The notes below the pieces were generated by a model, which saw only the letters and a list, made by a program, of their open reading frames with translations, was not told where the DNA came from and made no database searches. A stretch of 63,922 nt of DNA, counting the filler, from Lenisia limosa (lineage: Eukaryota; Protista; Breviatea), in the NCBI GenBank assembly GCA_001655205.1. It is 16 parts of 16 records of this genome, joined end to end, with 100 filler letters (N's around TTAATTAATTAA, not from the genome) between each part and the next. Parts side by side here need not be neighbours in the genome. Positions count along the whole stretch, not along the records: positions 46,644 to 56,123 come from LPNZ01009198.1; positions 56,224 to 59,383 come from LPNZ01005136.1; positions 59,484 to 63,922 come from LPNZ01000202.1; 13 more parts are not named here. One strand, 5' to 3'. The position numbers were made by a program, and so were the translations under genes. This document shows, one piece after another, positions 47,385 through 60,516 of the stretch; position 1 is the stretch's first letter; every line of letters begins with the position of its first letter.

Positions 47385-49550
47385 NATATGGCCAGTTAGA
47401 ATCAAGCAGACAAGAGGTGTTCCAAGGTTTCACTGCACCTCTCACTGGCGTTTATCTCACCTCTATTCGTGCCACTGTGAGCTGGTAGTTGTTACTTTTA
47501 TTGCTCCGTGAAATTAATTGAGAAATTAACTTTTTTTTAATTTGAAGGTACCGAAGATATGGGAATTTTGAAATCTGTCGATCGGGGGATCTTCAAAATA
47601 TCCATATAGTGCGGCACCTTAAACTTTTTGTTTTCTTCCCCTACTGTGACTAGGATAAGTCTTGACCGATTTGCCAAGGAAAATAGGTCAAAACATTTCC
47701 CCGTCACTGTATATTATATTTCTCTCTCTCTCTCTCGCTTCCTGTCCCTCATTAACTCACTTCTTACCCACGACCTAAAGATTCCGGCTGAGACAAGAGT
47801 AGCAAAAGCCTTGATCGTCAATTTCAACCTCAATAATGTCTACCCCTTTATTTCGGCAACACAAGGTTGGGGGGGGGGGGNNNNNNNNNNNNNNNNNNNN
47901 NNNNNNNNNNNNNNNNNNNNNNNNNNNNNNNNNNNNNNNNNNNNNNNNNNNNNNNNNNNNNNNNNNNTTCAGTTTTTTTAACCGAAGTGAAGCCCTTGGT
48001 ATGGGCTTTGTTTTTATTGCTGTTTTCATGATTCAAGGTAGGCTTCAATAATTTTTTCTTTTCCTTTTTACATTCCTGCAGAACAGGAGTTTGTGGACTT
48101 TTACCAGCCTGCTGACGTGGCTATTTCCTCTGGTGGGGAGTGTGTTTCTCTTTTTTTCTTCTTATTTTTTTGGGGAGAGGTGGGGGGAGAGAGAGGGATT
48201 TTTTGGGACATTTTTACTTGTGGTNNNNNNNNNNNNNNNNNNNNNNNNNNNNNNNNNNNNNNNNNNNNNNNNNNNNNNNNNNNNNNNNNNNNNNNNNNNN
48301 NNNNNNNNNNNNNNNNNNNNNNNAATGATGTGGACAGCTTCGGTCAGATACATCTTTTTTTTCGCATCTCTCTATACATATGATATATGATATAGTAATA
48401 CATATATCATATACTAGTATATGATATATCGATATATATTATGCAAATAACAAAAACATCTCCACATCTTCACCTTTCATTTTCCCTCACCTTCCCTACA
48501 CCATTCCATTTTCCCTCACTCTTCAGGTACAACCTTCCCGTACCCGATATCCAAGGGTGACGTGGCATTTGTCGGCAACTACATCTTCAGCAGGGTTGAG
48601 ACGGGCGTTCTTGGCCTTTCAATGGTGTACCTGGGCGACCTCAATGAACAGCGTGAGGGTTATGTGATATAGTGTAGTATATATATAGTATTATATGATA
48701 TAGCTAACAGAGTTGACTTGGGCTATTTTGTTTCATAATTTTCACATTTTACCTTTTTGCTTTTTGTTTGTTTGGAGTTTCAGATTATTCGTCTCGTGAT
48801 TAGTACTTTTATGCCAGTATTCTTCATCGAAATTTCCTTCGTTTTACCCCCCCCCCCCCNNNNNNNNNNNNNNNNNNNNNNNNNNNNNNNNNNNNNNNNN
48901 NNNNNNNNNNNNNNNNNNNNNNNNNNNNNNNNNNNNNNNNNNNNNNNNNNNNNNNNNNNNNNNNNNNNNNNNNNNNNNNNNNNNNNNNNNNNNNNNNNNN
49001 NNNNNNNNNNNNNNNNNNNNNNNNNNNNNNNNNNNNNNNNNNNNNNNNNNNNNNNNNNNNNNNNNNNNNNNNNNNNNNNNNNNNNNNNNNNNNNNNNNNN
49101 NNNNNNNNNNNNNNNNNNNNNNNNNNNNNNNNNNNNNNNNNNNNNNNNNNNNNNNNNNNNNNNNNNNNNCGTTCATCGCGCAGGAAGACGCAATTTATTT
49201 CGTCCATGCCAACCCCAACTACCCGGCATCGTGGGTTGTGAGTTGTTTTTTGACAGTAAGAAAATACGAATCCATAAAATATCACATCATCAAATCCAGC
49301 GTTATACAAAAAGGACATAGTATATCTAATATAATATTATATGATAAAAAGACGAGCAATAAAATATGTTTTGTCTGGCCGAAGCCGTACACACCATCAT
49401 GCTTATGAGAGATATTGGATTATAATAGTATAAATTCACCCAATAATTTGCCTCCTCTCCATCCAGTTTTACTTTTTACTCCTCACCCCGCAGAACTGCT
49501 GGAGCTCTGATGCTGGAAGTTCAGAAACCAGGATTCGATGCCCAATATCT
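47385..49550 (+). CDS. Multi-exon gene fragment, unidentified
   Basis: AG/GT-bounded open exons such as EQEFVDFYQPADVAISS (48081-48131) and TTFPYPISKGDVAFVGNYIFSRVETGVLGLSM (48527-48623). Confidence 0.45.
47642..47711. mobile_element. MITE family D (diverged)
   Basis: TActgtgactaggataagtcttgaccgatt...aataggtcaaaacatttccccgtcactgTA. Confidence 0.75.
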
Positions 49551-51148
49551 AGACCTTTCTTCGTGGGGGGGTATATTATACCATATTATAGCTATGAAAT
49601 AAATATATTATGTACATTGTAAAGTAGAATATGTATAATATATTATTATAGCAATGAGAATTAAAAAAAAATAAGGTTGTAAGCATACTATATTTATCAT
49701 ATTATATAGTACATGATATTATATATAATATGCAGTAATATATAGATATGATATGTATACCTATCATCATATTTATGAATGGGGGGGGGGGGTNNNNNNN
49801 NNNNNNNNNNNNNNNNNNNNNNNNNNNNNNNNNNNNNNNNNNNNNNNNNNNNNNNNNNNNNNNNNNNNNNNNNNNNNNNNNNNNNNNNNNNNNNNNNNNN
49901 NNNNNNNNNACGGATATTGAGTTTTATACACTGACCGCGATAAGTTCCACTGACCGTGATAAGTGGATATTGAGTTTTATTTTTGCCAATCGTGTCAGGA
50001 TTTATCGCGGTCACTGTTTTTTCATACCATAGTAGCATAGTCTAAAAGAGGCTTGAAGTTCCCACTTCGAACTTATTGTATCCAAAATTACAAAAACAAT
50101 CAATTTCCGTTTAATTTCTTCCTTATCCGTGTACGTAACCTTCTTGTACTTTTTTTTTACTTCTTCAGTCCCCAGCCCTACTCCACTAACGGTTATGATG
50201 GATGTTTGCGGGGGAGGGGGTGGTAAGCAATATTTATGTAGGAGTAACTTAGTCTTAGTCTTTGGATGAAATATTCAACTTTTCAGAAAAAAGAATACAT
50301 ATCGATATAATATCCTATATTTGCCAATTAATTTTGCATTATACTCGGATTTCAATTTTAAAAAATATGAACAGTATACTTATCCTATGGATTTATTCTG
50401 TTCTATGTACGGACGGNNNNNNNNNNAAACCCCCCTTTGCCGAGTAACTGAATAGGTCTCGTCCCTCTGCCCCCTCACCCCCCTTTGTTGGCCTTGTTGA
50501 GGCCGCGATTGACTACAAGTCCTCTCATTAGGATATTGTTTCCTTTGGTTGTGGTAGTTTGTTGTGATGGTTAATATGGATTGTTTCTTGCTTCTAATTG
50601 GACCTGTTATTCAGTACCAAATGCTGGGGAAGTACGAAGGAAGCGGTGTGCAAAAGGCAATCTATTTATGAGATGAATCTTGTTTTATATACTATATATA
50701 TGACAAATAGAAAAAAGTTTATTTACCTCTAGCATTATCTCGTTTTTGGGTTTAACTTCACTTACTGTTCGAAAAAATGTTTTGGGGGAGAGAACGTAAA
50801 ACAATTTCGGTGACGAATACTGCAGCGAAGGAAATTTGTGAACATTTGAGAGGAAATGACAATTAAAATTAGTAGTGATATTACTGAGTTTGGAACAACC
50901 TTAATTTGAAAACCAATTTGCAGAAGAGGTAAAACTGGCAGATACCGGAATAATTCAGTTTATTTTCATCTCTTTGCCCCGCCCAAATAATTAAGGACCA
51001 GGAGGTATAATATAATATACCTCTATGTGGGATTTCGTCCAACTACTTAGACCAGAACTAAATCAAATCAGATAAATCTACGCAAACAAAAAAAAAACAA
51101 CGCACAAGAAACAAATACTATTATACATCCTCCGACGGGGGTAGTGAC

Positions 51149-54100
51149 TCAGTCTTCTTCTTCGATAATCTCTTCTTCTGAGACATCTTCAATTTCTTCA
51201 TCGATTTCTTCAATTTCCTCAATAGTTTCTTCTTCTTCTTCAACCACTTCATCTTCATCTTCCTCTACTTCCACCTCTTCTTCAATGATCTCTTCCGGCT
51301 CCTCATCATTTTCTTCTTTCTCTTCAACCCTCTCTTCTTCCTTCTCTACTTCTTCAACCTTGTCTTCTTCCTTCTCTACTTCTTCAACCCTCTCTTCTTC
51401 CTTCTCTACTTCTTCAACTTTGTCTTCTTCCTTCTCTACTTCTTCAACCCTCTCTTCTTCCTTCTCGTCTTCCTTCTCTTCTTTCTTCTCTACTTCTTCA
51501 ACCTTCTCTTCTTCCTTCTCTACTTCTTCAACCTTCTCTTCTTCTTCCAACTTCTCTTCCTCTTTTAACCTCCCTTCTTTCTCCATATTCTCCTCCTCCT
51601 CTTCTGTTTCTTCTTTTTTCTTTTCTTCTACTTCCTCCTCCCCTTCCTTCTTTTCTTCTTTATCTTCATCTTCTTCCTCTTCATTCTTCTCTTCTACTTC
51701 CTCCTCCTCCTCCTTCTTCTCTTCTTCCTCTTCATCTTTGTCTTCCTCTGCTTTTCTCTCTTCTTCTTCAGCCTCTTCCAACTCTTCGACCTCTTCTTCT
51801 TCCTCCACTTCATCATCATCAACGGTTTCTTCCACAATTTCCTCAACTTCTTCGTCTTCCACAATTTCTTCAACAACTTCTTCATCATCTTCTTCTTCCT
51901 CAACAATCTCTTCTTCCTCTTCTTCAAATTCTTCATTTTCAGCCGCCTGTGAAACTATTTCACCCGTTTTCGCTTCTTCTTTTTCTTCCTCCTTCATAAT
52001 ACGTTCTTTTTCCTCCTGTTCAAGTCTTTCCTTCTCTTCTTCTCTTCTGAGCTTAGCTTCCTTCTGTTTTTGGCGAATTGCTGCCTCTCTCTTCTCACGT
52101 TCTTGCTTTAATTGTTCCCTCTTCTGTTCTGCCTCCTCCTTTAGTCTTTCCTGTTCTTTCTTTGCTTCTTCTTCCTTCAGTCTCTGTTCTTCCTTCTGCT
52201 TTTCTTCTTCAATCTTCTTCTCTTCATTTCTCCTCTCTTCCTCTTGACGCTTCTTCTCTTTCTCTTCTTCAATTCTCTGCTCTACCTTCCTTCTCTTTTC
52301 TACAGTTCTCTGCTCTTCCTTCTTCCTCTCTTCTTCAATTCTCTGCTCTTCCTTCTTCCTTTCTTCTTCAATTCGTTGCTCTTCTTCCTCCTTTCTTTTC
52401 TCTTCAAGCAAGCTTTCTGCTTTCTTGTCATCATCCTTGTGGTCTTCTTCTTCGTAATCGGAAATGACGTCCTCTTCCTCATCAACTTCTTCTTCAACAA
52501 CTTCTTCTTCAACAACTTCTTCTTCAACAACTTCTTCCTGTACTTCCTCTTCTTCAATTATCTCTTCATCTTCTACAATTTCCTCTTCTACAATTTCTTC
52601 ATCTTCCAGAAGCTCCTCTTCAATAATTTCTTCTTCCACAATTCCATCTTCAACAAACTCCTCCTCTTCTTCCTCTTCAATTTCTTCTTCCTCTGCTTGC
52701 ATTGCCATTTCATTCTTTTTGGCTTCTTTCTCCTCCTGTTCAAGTCTTTCCTTCTCTTCTTGCTCTCTTTTTAGCTTAGCTTCCTTCTGCCTTTGGCGAA
52801 TAGCTGCTTCTCTCTTCTCACGTTCTTGCTTTAATATTGCCCTCTTCCTTTCAGCTTCCTTGATTCTCTGCTGTTCGTTCTTTTCTTCCTCCAACCTCTC
52901 CTTCTCGGCCTTCATTTCAGCTTCCGCCTTCAATCTCAGTTCTTCCTTTTCTTCTTCAATCCTCATCCTTTCCTCTTCTCTTCTCTTCTCTTCCTCTTGC
53001 TCTTCCTTTAGCCTCTTCTCCTCTTCAAGCTTTCTTAATTGTTCTTGCTGTTTCTTTTGGATCATCTCTGATTTCTTTTTCAGTAACAGCCTTTTCTTCT
53101 CTTGAATTGCCTCCTGCATCTTAGCCTCGTGCGCCTTCTTTGCCGCGGCAAGTGTAGCCTTCCTTTGAACCTCTTCCGCCGCAGCTTTCTCCTCCTGCTG
53201 TCGTAACAACTCAGCAGCCTTTTCTTCAAGCTGCCTTTTCTTTTCAGCAAGCTGCTGTTGTTCTTGTAAGTGCTTCTTTCGTCTCTCTTCATTGACTCTT
53301 CTACGAGTTTCTTCAAGCTTCTTCTTCCTCTCCTCCTCCTCTTTTTTCTTTTCTTCTTCTATCATCTTCTCTTCCTGTTTTCTCTTCTCTTCCTCCTCCT
53401 TTTCCTTTTTCATCTTACGCTCATGTTGTTCCTTCAACAGTTGCTTCCTTCTCTCTTCTATAACTAGTCTCCGATTTTCTTCAAGTCTCTTCTTCCTCTC
53501 TTCTTCCTCCTTCTCCTTTTCTTCTTTAATTCTCTTCTCTTCCTGTTTCCTCTCCTTCTCCTCTTCTTTTTCCTTTTTCATCTTAAGCTCATGTTGTTCC
53601 TTCAATAGCTGCTTCCTTCTCTCTTCAATGACTCTTCGGGTTTCCTCCAGCTTCTTCTTCCTCTCTTCTTCCTCCTTTTTCTCCTCCTCTTCTCTTCTCT
53701 TTTCCTCCTCTATCCTCTTTTCTTCTTCTTTTCTCTTCTCCGCGTCCTGCTTTTCTTTCTGTATTCTTTCCACAAGTTGCTTCTTCTCATCTTCAAGCTT
53801 CTTCTTTTCCAGCGCCAGCTTTTTCTTCTCAAAAGCAATCTGCTGTTTTTCTTTAAGCCTTAGCTTTTCTTCCTCAATTTTCTTTTTCACCTCCTCCGCC
53901 TTACGTTTGTCCTCTTCCTCCTTCTTGAGTTTGGCTTCAGCTGCAGCCTTCGCATCCGCTTCCTTCTTCTTTTGAAGTTCTGCCACCCTTTGCTGCTTCA
54001 TTTCAATTTCCGCTATTTTCTTTCTTCTTTCTTCAAGCTGTTTCTTCTTCCTCTCTTCCTCAAGCCTCTTCTCTTCTTCTTTCTTCTCCTCCTCCTTTCT

Positions 54101-55740
54101 CCTCTCCTCTTCCTTTCTCTTCTCCTCCGCTTCTTCCCTTTCCTTTTGAATTTGATCAGCTAGCTGCTTCCTCTCATCTTCAAGTTGCTTCTTCTCCAAC
54201 TCCAGTTTTCTTTTCTCAAAAGCAAGCTCCTGCTTTTCCTTAAGTCGCTGCCTTTCCTCTTCAACCTTCTTCAGCTTAGCCTTGACGGCGGCCTTCGTTT
54301 CAAGATCCTTCTTCTTCTGAAGCGCGGCTATCTCCTGTTGCTTCAACTCTATTTCGGCTTGCTTCATTTTCCTTTCTTCCGTGCTGCGGTAGTCTGCCTT
54401 CTTCTTGATTTCGACTTGTTCCGCTAAGGTGGTTCTCGTATAGAGCGCACTCACGTCAGTGAAACGCTCTTCCTTGATTTTTTTGTTCATTTCCGAGAGC
54501 TTGAGCTTGAGTGAGGTGACCTGTGTGGTTAGAGTAAGCAATCTGGAAGGAAGCCTAGTTTTCAAATATATGATCTGATACATACAGTAGAACTTGGGCG
54601 TTTTGTATGAAATAGCTTGAAAGTAGGAGCAAAGTGGTTGATATGATATCGACAAATAAAAACTGGTTCAGTTACATATATTCTGCCCACTAGTTCAGTC
54701 GGGGGCGCCACCATCTCCAAAGGAATGGAACTCGCCAAACTACCCTCCATCGGCCGAAGCACCGACAGTGTCTTGGCCATTGGCATTGAAGACCCCAGGG
54801 ACCCGATACTAGATCCAAGATCTTCGCGACTGGTCTCCGCGAAAATGCTGTTGAGTTCGTCATTGACTGAAGTTTCTGTATCCTTTTGCGCTGATTCAGA
54901 CTTCTGTGGGGGGGGGGGGGGNNNNNNNNNNNNNNNNNNNNNNNNNNNNNNNNNNNNNNNNNNNNNNNNNNNNNNNNNNNNNNNNNNNNNNNNNNNNNNN
55001 NNNNNNNNNNNNNNNNNNNNNNNNNNNNNNNNNNNNNNNNNNNNNNNNNNNNNNNNNNNNNNNNNNNNNNNNNNNNNNNNNNNNNNNNNNNNNNNNNNNN
55101 NNNNNNNNNNNNNNNNNNNNTGAAGGATAATTGCAGAAGAATTGGAAGGAAGATAAATACTCCTTTTGGGACCACAGGGAAGTAAAAAAAAAAAATATTG
55201 GAAATAAGTAACCAGCATTTTTTCTAGGCATCAAAACACAATCTTTTGAGACCCCTTCATCATTTCAACAAACTCACCTTAACAACAGGCCTGGCAGCCT
55301 TGCGGTGGCGCTTTCTGCGATCGTTCAAAGAGGCCAGACTCGTCATGTGGCTAATGAGATCGTCCTCCACTCGCCATCGTCGATTGAAGTCCATCTAAAT
55401 GGGGGTCATGTGTTTGATAAAGGGGTTATATATCATATGATATGCAAGGGGTTTTTGTATAAGATGTAATATAAGATATCATAGCTACATTGTATAAACG
55501 ATCATCTGTTGAACTATAATAACTGATTCACTGTAAATCATTGTATTCTTCTTTGTAAACGAAGATTCATGAAGATAGTTCCCTCTATTGAGAAGAGGAA
55601 CTGAAGCTCTAGCATAAAAAAAAGCCAGTAACCAAAAAAAGTGCTCACTTTCTCGCCCAAGGGCTGGGTTTTGGAAAGGTCTCGTCTCGCAGACTCCACT
55701 GCTTGCTCTAAGTCACTACACTGAAAATGTCAAAGATTTG
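51149..55740 (-). CDS. Giant E/K/R-rich coiled-coil / single-alpha-helix protein with acidic C-terminal tracts; ~3.37-kb terminal exon
   Basis: Uninterrupted frame from acceptor cacag|54520 to the stop at 51149 (~1120 aa). Upstream small exons lie at ~54690-54905, 55278-55395 and 55650-55720. Internal duplications include REKREAAIRQxQKEAKL twice and EEEKVEEVEK about 8 times. Confidence 0.85.
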
Positions 55741-56223
55741 TCTCAGTACATCGTTGAAAATGAGGGGGAGCATATTTGGAAATATCAGACATTTGAATGG
55801 AAACAACAAAACAACCAGTGCCCAGTGCAGTTGCTTGAGAAATAGGACCTCAAATCAGAATGAGAAAAAACAAAACAACAGAGAAAAAAAACGAGCATAT
55901 TTTTGACTCAACAACGCCGAGTTACTATTTCCTTCTCCATCCCACAAGAATAATACAAACTAATAATATATCAAAGGTTGAGCAATAAAAGTATTTGTGA
56001 AACGAAGGAGTGAAGATGTGAAATAACGGAGAGTGTACAATTTGAACACTAATATAAAGCGGGAATAATGCGTCACCAAAAAAGGAAATAATGCGTCACC
56101 AAAAGAGGAAATAATGCGTCACCNNNNNNNNNNNNNNNNNNNNNNNNNNNNNNNNNNNNNNNNNNNNTTAATTAATTAANNNNNNNNNNNNNNNNNNNNN
56201 NNNNNNNNNNNNNNNNNNNNNNN

Positions 56224-59200
56224 GCGTAGCGCGTCTCATGCATAAAGAACACGTGGGCGACATTGAGCTTCCAAGTCTGAGGGGGGGAGGGAGGGGTGAA
56301 ATAGGAAAATATGTTGAAACACAAAACAGCCCAAAATAACTCGGAAACAAACTAAATAAAGAAACCAAATTCAAGAACGCAGTATCCCCTCATCTAACCT
56401 CATGTTCGGAGCAAAACTCTGACGACGTCCTGAATATCTTCTCAACTGCAGGGTAGTTCTCTCGGTCCCAATATACCTTGGCCTGGGGGGGGGGGGGGNN
56501 NNNNNNNNNNNNNNNNNNNNNNNNNNNNNNNNNNNNNNNNNNNNNNNNNNNNNNNNNNNNNNNNNNNNNNNNNNNNNNNNNNNNNNNNNNNNNNNNNNNN
56601 NNNNNNNNNNNNNNNNNNNNNNNNNNNNNNNNNNNNNNNNNNNNNNNNNNNNNNNNNNNNNNNNNNNNNNNNNNNNNNNNNNNNNNNNNNNNNNNNNNNN
56701 ACACCACAAATCCAAAATTTTAGGGGGAAAACAAAACAAAAAAAAACCTTCCAAAAACATCAACAATCCAAACAATCCAAGGTTATATTTTGGCCTGCTG
56801 TGGGGCGACACAAAGCGTTACTTCACAGGGTCAAAGACTCTTAAACTGGCAATATCGTAACAGATATTGGATTATATAGAGTTCCCCTACAACTCTGTAC
56901 ACTGCTACCCATGCCCCTGTATGTAAATCATAATATGTTCGCTGTGGACAAACCTGGGCCATAAGGACGGGAATAAAGGAGTCCAGAGCTTCGTCATACG
57001 CTCTAATGGCCTAGGGGGGGGGGGGTAAAACTGGAAATATGAAACAAAAAACCCAGAATCATAAATCAGGATTGNNNNNNNNNNNNNNNNNNNNNNNNNN
57101 NNNNNNNNNNNNNNNNNNNNNNNNNNNNNNNNNNNNNNNNNNNNNNNNNNNNNNNNNNNNNNNNNNNNNNNNNNNNNNNNNNNNNNNNNNNNNNNNNNNN
57201 NNNNNNNNNNNNNNNNNNNNNNNNNNNNNNNNNNNNNTGAAAGTACAAAGCAACAACAAAAAAAAAACGACACGGGGATTCCATTGTTGATGATGACAAA
57301 ATCGAAAAAGAAAAACCCGAAAAAAACACTCCCACATACAAATGGCCTTTGAACACTACACCCCTCGGTTCGTACCTGTCTTGTGGCTGTAGTGTCATTG
57401 GCAAGTCGTGCGTCTTGAACTGAGGAATAAGCGGGTGAATGGGGACAAGATTGGGAGGGGGGATATAATATATAGCAATGAGAAATAAAAAAAAAAGGTT
57501 GTATCTGCCTAACCAAGTTTATAACCCTTCCAGATTAATACACATATNNNNNNNNNNNNNNNNNNNNNNNNNNNNNNNNNNNNNNNNNNNNNNNNNNNNN
57601 NNNNNNNNNNNNNNNNNNNNNNNNNNNNNNNNATAAGGCGTCAAACTTAGCAAACGCTTCTTCAGGTGACGTCTGTCCCTGGATCGTAGCTTCGAGGAAC
57701 TCATAAACCTCCTGTATGGTAAGAGTAATGGTTAATTTGTCTTTGGTTATCTTATACATGATTTTCTTTTTGTTTTGGTCCAAGCCCGGTCGATAAAATA
57801 ACGATGTTTCTGGAGGATTTATCGAAGAACTCCTTCATGGGCATCAATCACACAAGAATCTTTTCGTATAAAAACGTATTACATGATATTTGGTCTGTAC
57901 TCAGGTCAGAGGAATTGCGACTCCTCCACATAATTACGCGGTATATTATATAGCGATGAGAAGTAAAAAAACAAGGTGGTATCTGGCCAAAGTAAGAGAT
58001 ATTTAACTATGGTAAAATATTAATGTACCCAATCATTGGCCTTACAACTCTGTGCATACAGCTTTTTGAGTGCCTCCCCAGCATTCTCGTTATATTATAC
58101 CAAGACCCCCCCCCCCCCCCNNNNNNNNNNNNNNNNNNNNNNNNNNNNNNNNNNNNNNNNNNNNNNNNNNNNNNNNNNNNNNNNNNNNNNNNNNNNNNNN
58201 NNNNNNNNNNNNNNNNNNNNNNNNNNNNNNNNNNNNNNNAAAAGGAAATGCAGCAAAAAAAAACAATCAGAGGTTTACTTAAGCTTGGCAAGAGTGAAAC
58301 TAAAATGCCAAAAAAACGAAAAGCCCTTACCAAATGTTTCTGGGGGACAAGGGTTGGAATTGAGAAGGAAGTTGAACTTCTCAAACGAATCCTGAATGGT
58401 GAATTAATAATGAATATAAAGATGAGGAATGAAATAAGGTTGTATCCGGCCGAAGCCGTCCACTCCATCACGCTTATAAGGGATATTTGATTATAGCAAA
58501 GGAATATAATCCAAAAGAGAATCATGATACAGATCCCCTAGTGCAAATGAAAAACACCAAGCCTCCCACCTCAGAGTCCTTCTCAACATTGACGAGGGAC
58601 AGGTTATGGAGGGACACGGGGTCGATTTCAGCCTCACTGCGGGGCGGCATATCTGTCAGGGCCTCGTGCGCCGCATCGACTAAATCCGTCAACTCTTATT
58701 ATATCAATTTGATTTCAACCTCATTTTAGTTAACCCCTTCAAAGATCGAAGGGATTCCACTGTTATTGAAGCACTACTCATGGGGGTTAAGTGCGGAGGT
58801 GTGGAGTGTACACTATTTGTGGTCAGTCCTGACAGGTTTTACTAGAGATATACAGTAACCAGGATAACTCTTGACCTATTTTTCTTGGGAAATCACAAAA
58901 CAAATCGGTCAACACTTATCCCGGCCACTGTATGTTTCAAATCGGTTAAGGATTTCCACCACACTGATAGTTTTGTTTAGAGTGTCCCTAGTCCGTAGAA
59001 TAGAATGTTATCCTGCCCATATGAAAAAAATCAAAGGAATTCAGTCCCTTTTACATGATTCAAATTATCTCTAGTTACCTAGATATATGCTGATACTAAG
59101 CCCCGAGCCTACAATTCTTGACAATGTACTGAATTGCCATTTTGAGGTTAAAAGCCTCGATCAGTGCTGACTCCCGCAATGTGGCGCTGTTGCCCACGGA

Positions 59201-59241
59201 ACAAACGTCCAACCCGTCCGTGATGGATCCGACGGCAAGTT
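56224..59241 (-). CDS. IFT70: Intraflagellar transport protein IFT70 / TTC30 (fleer, DYF-1), partial
   Basis: Exons read SVGNSATLRESALIEAFNLKMAIQY; AAHEALTDMPPRSEAEIDPVSLHNLSL; EVYEFLEATIQGQTSPEEAF; YDEALDSFIPVLMAQ|AKVYWDRENYPAVEKIFRTSSEFCSEHE|TWKLNVAHVFFM, all hallmark TTC30 segments. Confidence 0.97.
58851..58932. mobile_element. MITE family D in IFT70 intron
   Basis: TAcagtaaccaggataactcttgacctatt...aaatcggtcaacacttatcccggccactgTA. Confidence 0.85.
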
Positions 59242-59581
59242 CTGTTTGTGTTAGGCGCGCGGGGGCGGAACAAAAAAAAAGCCCAAATCAACTCTGTTGG
59301 TTGACTACACACGAGGGTTGCTAATAACAAAACAAACAAAGCTCAGGCCAGTCGCTTCTGTAGCACCGCATGTGGGGGGGGGGNNNNNNNNNNNNNNNNN
59401 NNNNNNNNNNNNNNNNNNNNNNNNNNNTTAATTAATTAANNNNNNNNNNNNNNNNNNNNNNNNNNNNNNNNNNNNNNNNNNNNTAGATCCGGCGTTTAAA
59501 TACTGTACACACGTATCCAGGTCACTGTATACTATGCATGCATACGTATAGTATGTAATACTCTATGATGTTATATAAATG

Positions 59582-59666
59582 TACAGTGACCGGGATAAGC
59601 CATAGCCGATTTGCATGCATATGATTTCCAAAGGAAAATGGGTCAAGACTTATCCCGGTCACTGTA
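59582..59666. mobile_element. MITE family D
   Basis: TAcagtgaccgggataag...ggtcaagacttatcccggtcactgTA. Confidence 0.87.
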
Positions 59667-60065
59667 TACAATATCGATATGTATATACAGATATCATATA
59701 TGGGGAGGGGGTGACAATAGACCAAATGCGGGCTGGGGGAGGGGATAGTACTTTTTTGGGTTTTTTAGAGGGGAGGGAAGAATATCCTAAGTATTACCCA
59801 GATTATCAAAAAACAATCACTGATTTTATAGGTACACTCTCCCAGGATATCAGACCGGTCTGTATCCCCCATGTTGCCGTTTGCCAACAACGAGTCAGAT
59901 TCTGAGGTTTGAGGGATAATCGTTGAAGGGTTTTGGGGATAGTAGAAAGTGGACAGTATCTTCACTTGTGTTTCGAAATAGACTGGTAAAATAGATAGTT
60001 TTCTGGGATTTATCGAGGTTCTCAGTGACATGATAGGTATTATTATTATAATCAAAGTACTCACA

Positions 60066-60211
60066 TCAATGAGAAATAAAACAAGGATGTATCTGACCGA
60101 AGCCGTCCGCACCATCACGCTTATAAGAGATATGGAATTAGAGTTTAATATTAATTCACCCAATCATTTGACTTACAACTCTGTGCACACAGCTCTCTGT
60201 GCCTCACCAGC
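60066..60211 (-). repeat. Dispersed repeat family C, near full-length copy
   Basis: Reverse complement of the 38508-38656 type sequence. Confidence 0.88.
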
Positions 60212-60429
60212 TTCGACCACAAATAATTCTCTAGTTTTCCCAACTCTGACATTTGTAGAAAAGCAGCCGTTCTTCAGCTCCCAATTCCCAATCGTTGCGG
60301 TTGGTGTTGAGATGATTGTTTTCGTCTTCATATAGGGAGGTGGACGGTTGGTGTCTATTTTGTGTTTGTGTTTGTGTGGGGGTGGGGGTTCCGCCATAAT
60401 ATTGTTGGGGTTAGGGTTTTATTTCCACA

Positions 60430-60516
60430 TAAGGCTTCACTTAGGTTCGAAAATAGCGATAGTTTTCGAGGTTTTATCGAGAAATTCAATCTTTTCCGAA
60501 CCTAAGTGAAGCCCTA
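60430..60516. mobile_element. MITE family A
   Basis: TAaggcttcacttaggttcgaaaa...ttttccgaacctaagtgaagcccTA; both arms carry a compensating a/t change. Confidence 0.87.

Noticed and set aside
51144-53975. Long + strand Ser/Phe-rich ORFs (also the minus-strand ORFs at 9292-9719)
   Set aside because: They are antisense shadows of the E/K-rich coding strand, whose GAA/GAG/AAG codons give few stops on the opposite strand.
21109-59241. Apparent cluster of flagellar genes (two dyneins, IFT70)
   Set aside because: They lie on different scaffolds joined by artificial linkers, so no linkage can be inferred.
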